DNA from: Hormiphora californensis
Taxonomy: Eukaryota > Animalia > Ctenophora
Direction of reading: 5' to 3'
Length of the DNA: 64,000 nt
Assembly: GCA_020137815.1 (NCBI GenBank)
Contig: CM035357.1
Span: 7,998,001 to 8,062,000, forward strand
Part shown: positions 60,412 to 64,000 of the stretch, in pieces
Numbering within the stretch: the stretch's first letter is position 1
Layout of the letters: every line of letters begins with the position of its first letter
Position numbers and translations under genes: made by a program
The notes under the pieces: generated by a model
Databases searched by the model: none
Told to the model about the DNA's origin: nothing
Seen by the model: only the letters and a program-made list of their open reading frames with translations

Positions 60412-63400
60412 TTATATCCGTTGTTTAGCCATTTTACGGCGTTTAAGTTCCTTTCTCACCATCTGAATGAAATATTTAAACCAAGTGCAATACACGATAT
60501 ATATGTGCAGTATATATATCCATTATCCAGGGATCACCTGTTTGAGGCCATTTCGTAGACATAAATATTAAATAATATATAAATAGTCACGGGTCACCTG
60601 TACAAAATAATTACCTACAACCACAACATTATGCACAACATTATGCACAACATTATACGCAACATTATTATTGCCACAAAATACGGTACATGCCCTGATA
60701 TGAACGACTCTGTTTAACATTGTTTTAACATTACCTCAACTATGCGTTTTCTGTTCTCTTCTGCTAGCCGCCTCATAGCGCCAAACACAGTCGTTACAAG
60801 GGCCAGCCCTATGCAAAACACGCCTAACACTTTTAACATCGCTCCATAATACGTGTGATCTAGGGAATAAACAACGCTAAAACTTTATGTTACCCAACCA
60901 AAAACTTCAAATAACGTACCCTTCCTACTAATTTTCTGTTCAATTTACATAAAGTAATAATTTACCAATGATAGCGATGTCCCCGATTCCTACTGTCGTC
61001 ATGGTGATGGTGTAGAAATAAAGAGACTTGAGGAAGCTATCGTTTTTACTGGTACTTGCCATCAAGTAAGACATCCCCACCAAGTATAGGGCTAACAACA
61101 TGAAACTTATCACTGCAAAAAGAAGTTATTACAATGTGTCTCCCTTCGCAGAATAAAAAATATTATGTTTTAGTCGCTTTATTTAGGCCAGACGGAGGGG
61201 GGGGGGGGGTCGACGTGTCTTTGGGGTGTTTTTTTAGGTATACGTATACGTTATATGAAAGCACTCAGCAAGGCGGATCGATTAGAACAAACGTCATCGA
61301 TATTGTGCACACTGTTTGGCCAAAATTTGGGGGTTAACATAATTTTAGCCTAAATGGACGTTAACCCCAATAAATCAGAATTGGTATTTGGTGGGGTCTA
61401 GAACATCTAGAACATATCATTGTACCAAAGGCTTCGTCTTGCCTTGATAAAACTTCCTGCAAAGTTTTATGTCGTTACTCCAACTACATACTTCTTGATA
61501 TTTTGGGGGTTAATGATAATAATAATAATATGGGGGGTTTGCTATACCGCCCAGGCAGAACAGGGCCAGAGCAGACGAGCTGGCCCTGACACTGATCCAC
61601 ATCAGAGCGGTATGCCTCAAACAAATTCTCCTTGTAGATAATACTAGCTATCACACACACAAAAAATATAGTTTAAGGGCCCAGAAGAGATCAAGAGCCA
61701 GGAATAAACATTCCCAAAATACACACGGTTCACATTATATCCAGAAAAACTGATACTGGATACTGGTAAAAATAACAGACTTACAAAAATGCCGAAATAG
61801 CCCTTTTTGCCTCTAACTTGCCTCTTTTTTGAGACCTCGTGCCTCACTTCCTGAGATAACGGCTAGGACTCAGACTTTGTCGTTTGGCATAATTGGTCTA
61901 GAGTCCATGCTCTATCTATTTGGTGTAGCGAAATTTGATCAAGGTTCACGTTCAAAAATTATAAGGGGTTAACATGTAATTTTCATGGACAAAATAAATG
62001 TTAATTTTTGAACGGGGACCTTAATCAAAAAACGCTACAACAAATATATATAGACTATGCCATGGTATCTAATAACTATGCCAAACGACACGGTCTGAGT
62101 CCTAGCCGTTATCTTAGGAAGTGAGGCACGAGGTCTCAAAAAAAGGCAAGATAAAGGCAAAAAGAGCTTTTTCGGCATATATTTTGTAAACCCCCAAAGA
62201 ATCAAGAAGAAGTTGGGGTAACGACATAAAACTTTGCAAGAAGTTTTATCAAGGCAGGACAAAGCCTTTGGTACAATGATATGTTCTAGATGTTCTAGAC
62301 CCCACCAAATGCCAATCCTGATTTATTGGGGTTAACGTCCATTTTAGGCTAACTGATAACCCCCAAATTTTGGCCAAACGGTGTGCACAATATCGATGAC
62401 GTTTTTTCTAATCGATCATATCCGCCTTGCTGAGTGCTTTCAGATAACGTATACCTCAAAAAAGACCCAAATATGCTTTACTTGCTAGATAGCAGGAAAC
62501 TGCGAAAGCACTGAGACGTCTCGTGGGTGGGGGACATCCTTCACCGCTTGCAGAGCTCCTCAAGCTAAAGTAACGTGGGCGCTTTGAAATCAATTTGTTG
62601 TAGCATGTCTCTATCAACTTGAGTATCTGCAGCAGTATCGAGTATTATAAACCACCGTCCACCCCACACTCCACAGTGGGGCAAAATGCCATTTATCAAG
62701 TATTATAACCATTCATTGCAATAATAACATATAATATGGTACAAATAACCTTTTTATCATTAGTCATTAGTATTCACTAAAATAGTCACCTTTTTGATAA
62801 TCATAAGTATGCAGACTGAGAAGAAATTGAGGTAACTCATCATGAGTAGCATGCCAGGAAGGGAATACACCAGAACTACCATTTTTCCAGACACCGTGTG
62901 AGGGACCATACCACCGTAACCTGAATAACATTGTGTGAGGGACCCTCTACTTTCTTTATCAGTACGTAATTAATGAATTTGCTTTTACATGATACAATGC
63001 AATAGTACCACTTCTGCTATGACACATCACTACTCCTGAATTCGTAAACTTAGCTCACTCCCTAACGGTCGTGGGCTAAGTAGTAAGTAAACCTCTATCA
63101 CTCCCTAAAGGAGTGGCCAAAATGAGCTCAAAACACTGAATTTTTCGGGCTTCGCACATCGTCTTTTTGGCCTAAAAACCACAAGGTTTTTCCGCTCCGA
63201 TGTCGCTTCGAAGTATGTAATTTGCACTGGAAAAATCGAGCAAATTTTGCTTGCAAAAAAGGTCACCAGGACTCGTGGGTGGCGGAATGACGTTTCTCCT
63301 GGTCCTGGAGAAAAGTCATTCCGCCACCCCTAAAATCTGTTCGTCCTACGGGCTCACGAGCAGCACCCTCGGTACTGTCGCGTGGTACTATTCATTTCAT

Positions 63401-63717
63401 TGTGTAAAGGTTGAGTAGTACTAGCAGTCCCCTAGGGGGTGGGTATGGGGCTACTAACTACTATTATACTACATAATATACTGTAGTTATCCTTGGACGA
63501 TGGGATTACATTTATTATACAAAGCTAGTCAGTGTGGATTACCTATTGTTGTCAATATGGTGCTACAAAAATCAAACGAGCTCCAGAAGTTCCAAATATG
63601 ATTCCTAGCCGATTTGGCATCTGCCTTGAAGCATCGGCTACTAGACATAGATTTTAAAGTAGCCCAATCATCCTCTGTCCACACGGACCCATTCCACACC
63701 CCAGCTACTGGGTCCAC
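60412..63717 (-). CDS. Two-pore-domain (K2P/KCNK-like) potassium channel, 3' part; start not identified in the window
   Basis: Pore 1 WNFWSSFDFCSTILTTI|GYGGMVPHTVSGK plus TM (63717-63543, ~62920-62790); pore 2 SLYFYTITMTTVGIGD (~61113-60966); TM4 exon ~60858-60735; terminal exon 60462-60412 or alternatively 57884-57795. Confidence 0.9.
61220..62470. mobile_element. Foldback element in a K2P intron, with extra sequence in the left arm (~61530-61770)
   Basis: gtatacgttatatgaaagcactcagcaaggcggat... versus ...atccgccttgctgagtgctttcagataacgtatac; an inner inverted pair around ~61985. Confidence 0.85.
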
Positions 63718-64000
63718 TGAAATGGGGTGTCATGTTAGGATAGTAACATTGTAAAGTGTAATTGTTAACTATGTCCCTAGATGCAGCCGAATAACGTGTG
63801 ACATGACTACTGAGCCACTTCAGAAAGATTTGTGTGCTAAATCTGCATTCTGCAAAAAGTTACTACTCTTTATATAGTACATAACGTTCTGCACGCAGTG
63901 CAGCGCTGCTACGCGACTGAAATAGCCGCTGAGATACACTAATTGCCTTAAGTGCGATTAGATTCTGTGGACTGTGCACATGACAAGCAAAAAACAATTT

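Overview
This is eukaryotic (animal) genomic DNA with spliceosomal GT-AG introns and dense, nested repeats; there are no prokaryotic features or CRISPR arrays. An invertebrate, possibly ctenophore-like, origin is a guess only. Host genes, left to right: DNAJC19/Tim14 (+), an ATRIP-like gene (+), DDX31/Dbp7 (+), a ~24-kb LOXHD1-like gene with about 17 PLAT repeats (-), EMC1 (-) with two small paralogous secreted acidic peptide genes nested antisense in one intron, and the 3' part of a two-pore (K2P) potassium channel (-). The most notable observations are: (1) an HDV-like ribozyme fold at the 5' end of a ~1.5-kb non-coding element inserted in a (GA)n tract, on the sense strand 34 nt inside a LOXHD1 intron, with a 3' hairpin that shows a compensatory change; (2) five non-autonomous DNA elements with G-run ends and 7-8-bp target duplications, each with its own 9-10-bp repeat arrays but one shared design in which an asymmetric core is repeated in direct orientation at both ends; (3) the nested pair of 64-aa peptide genes, one with and one without an intron; (4) ORF1-only LINE-like elements; (5) acceptor AGs 1-5 nt before most start codons, suggesting spliced-leader trans-splicing. 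All calls were made by eye; exon and element boundaries may be off by a few bases.
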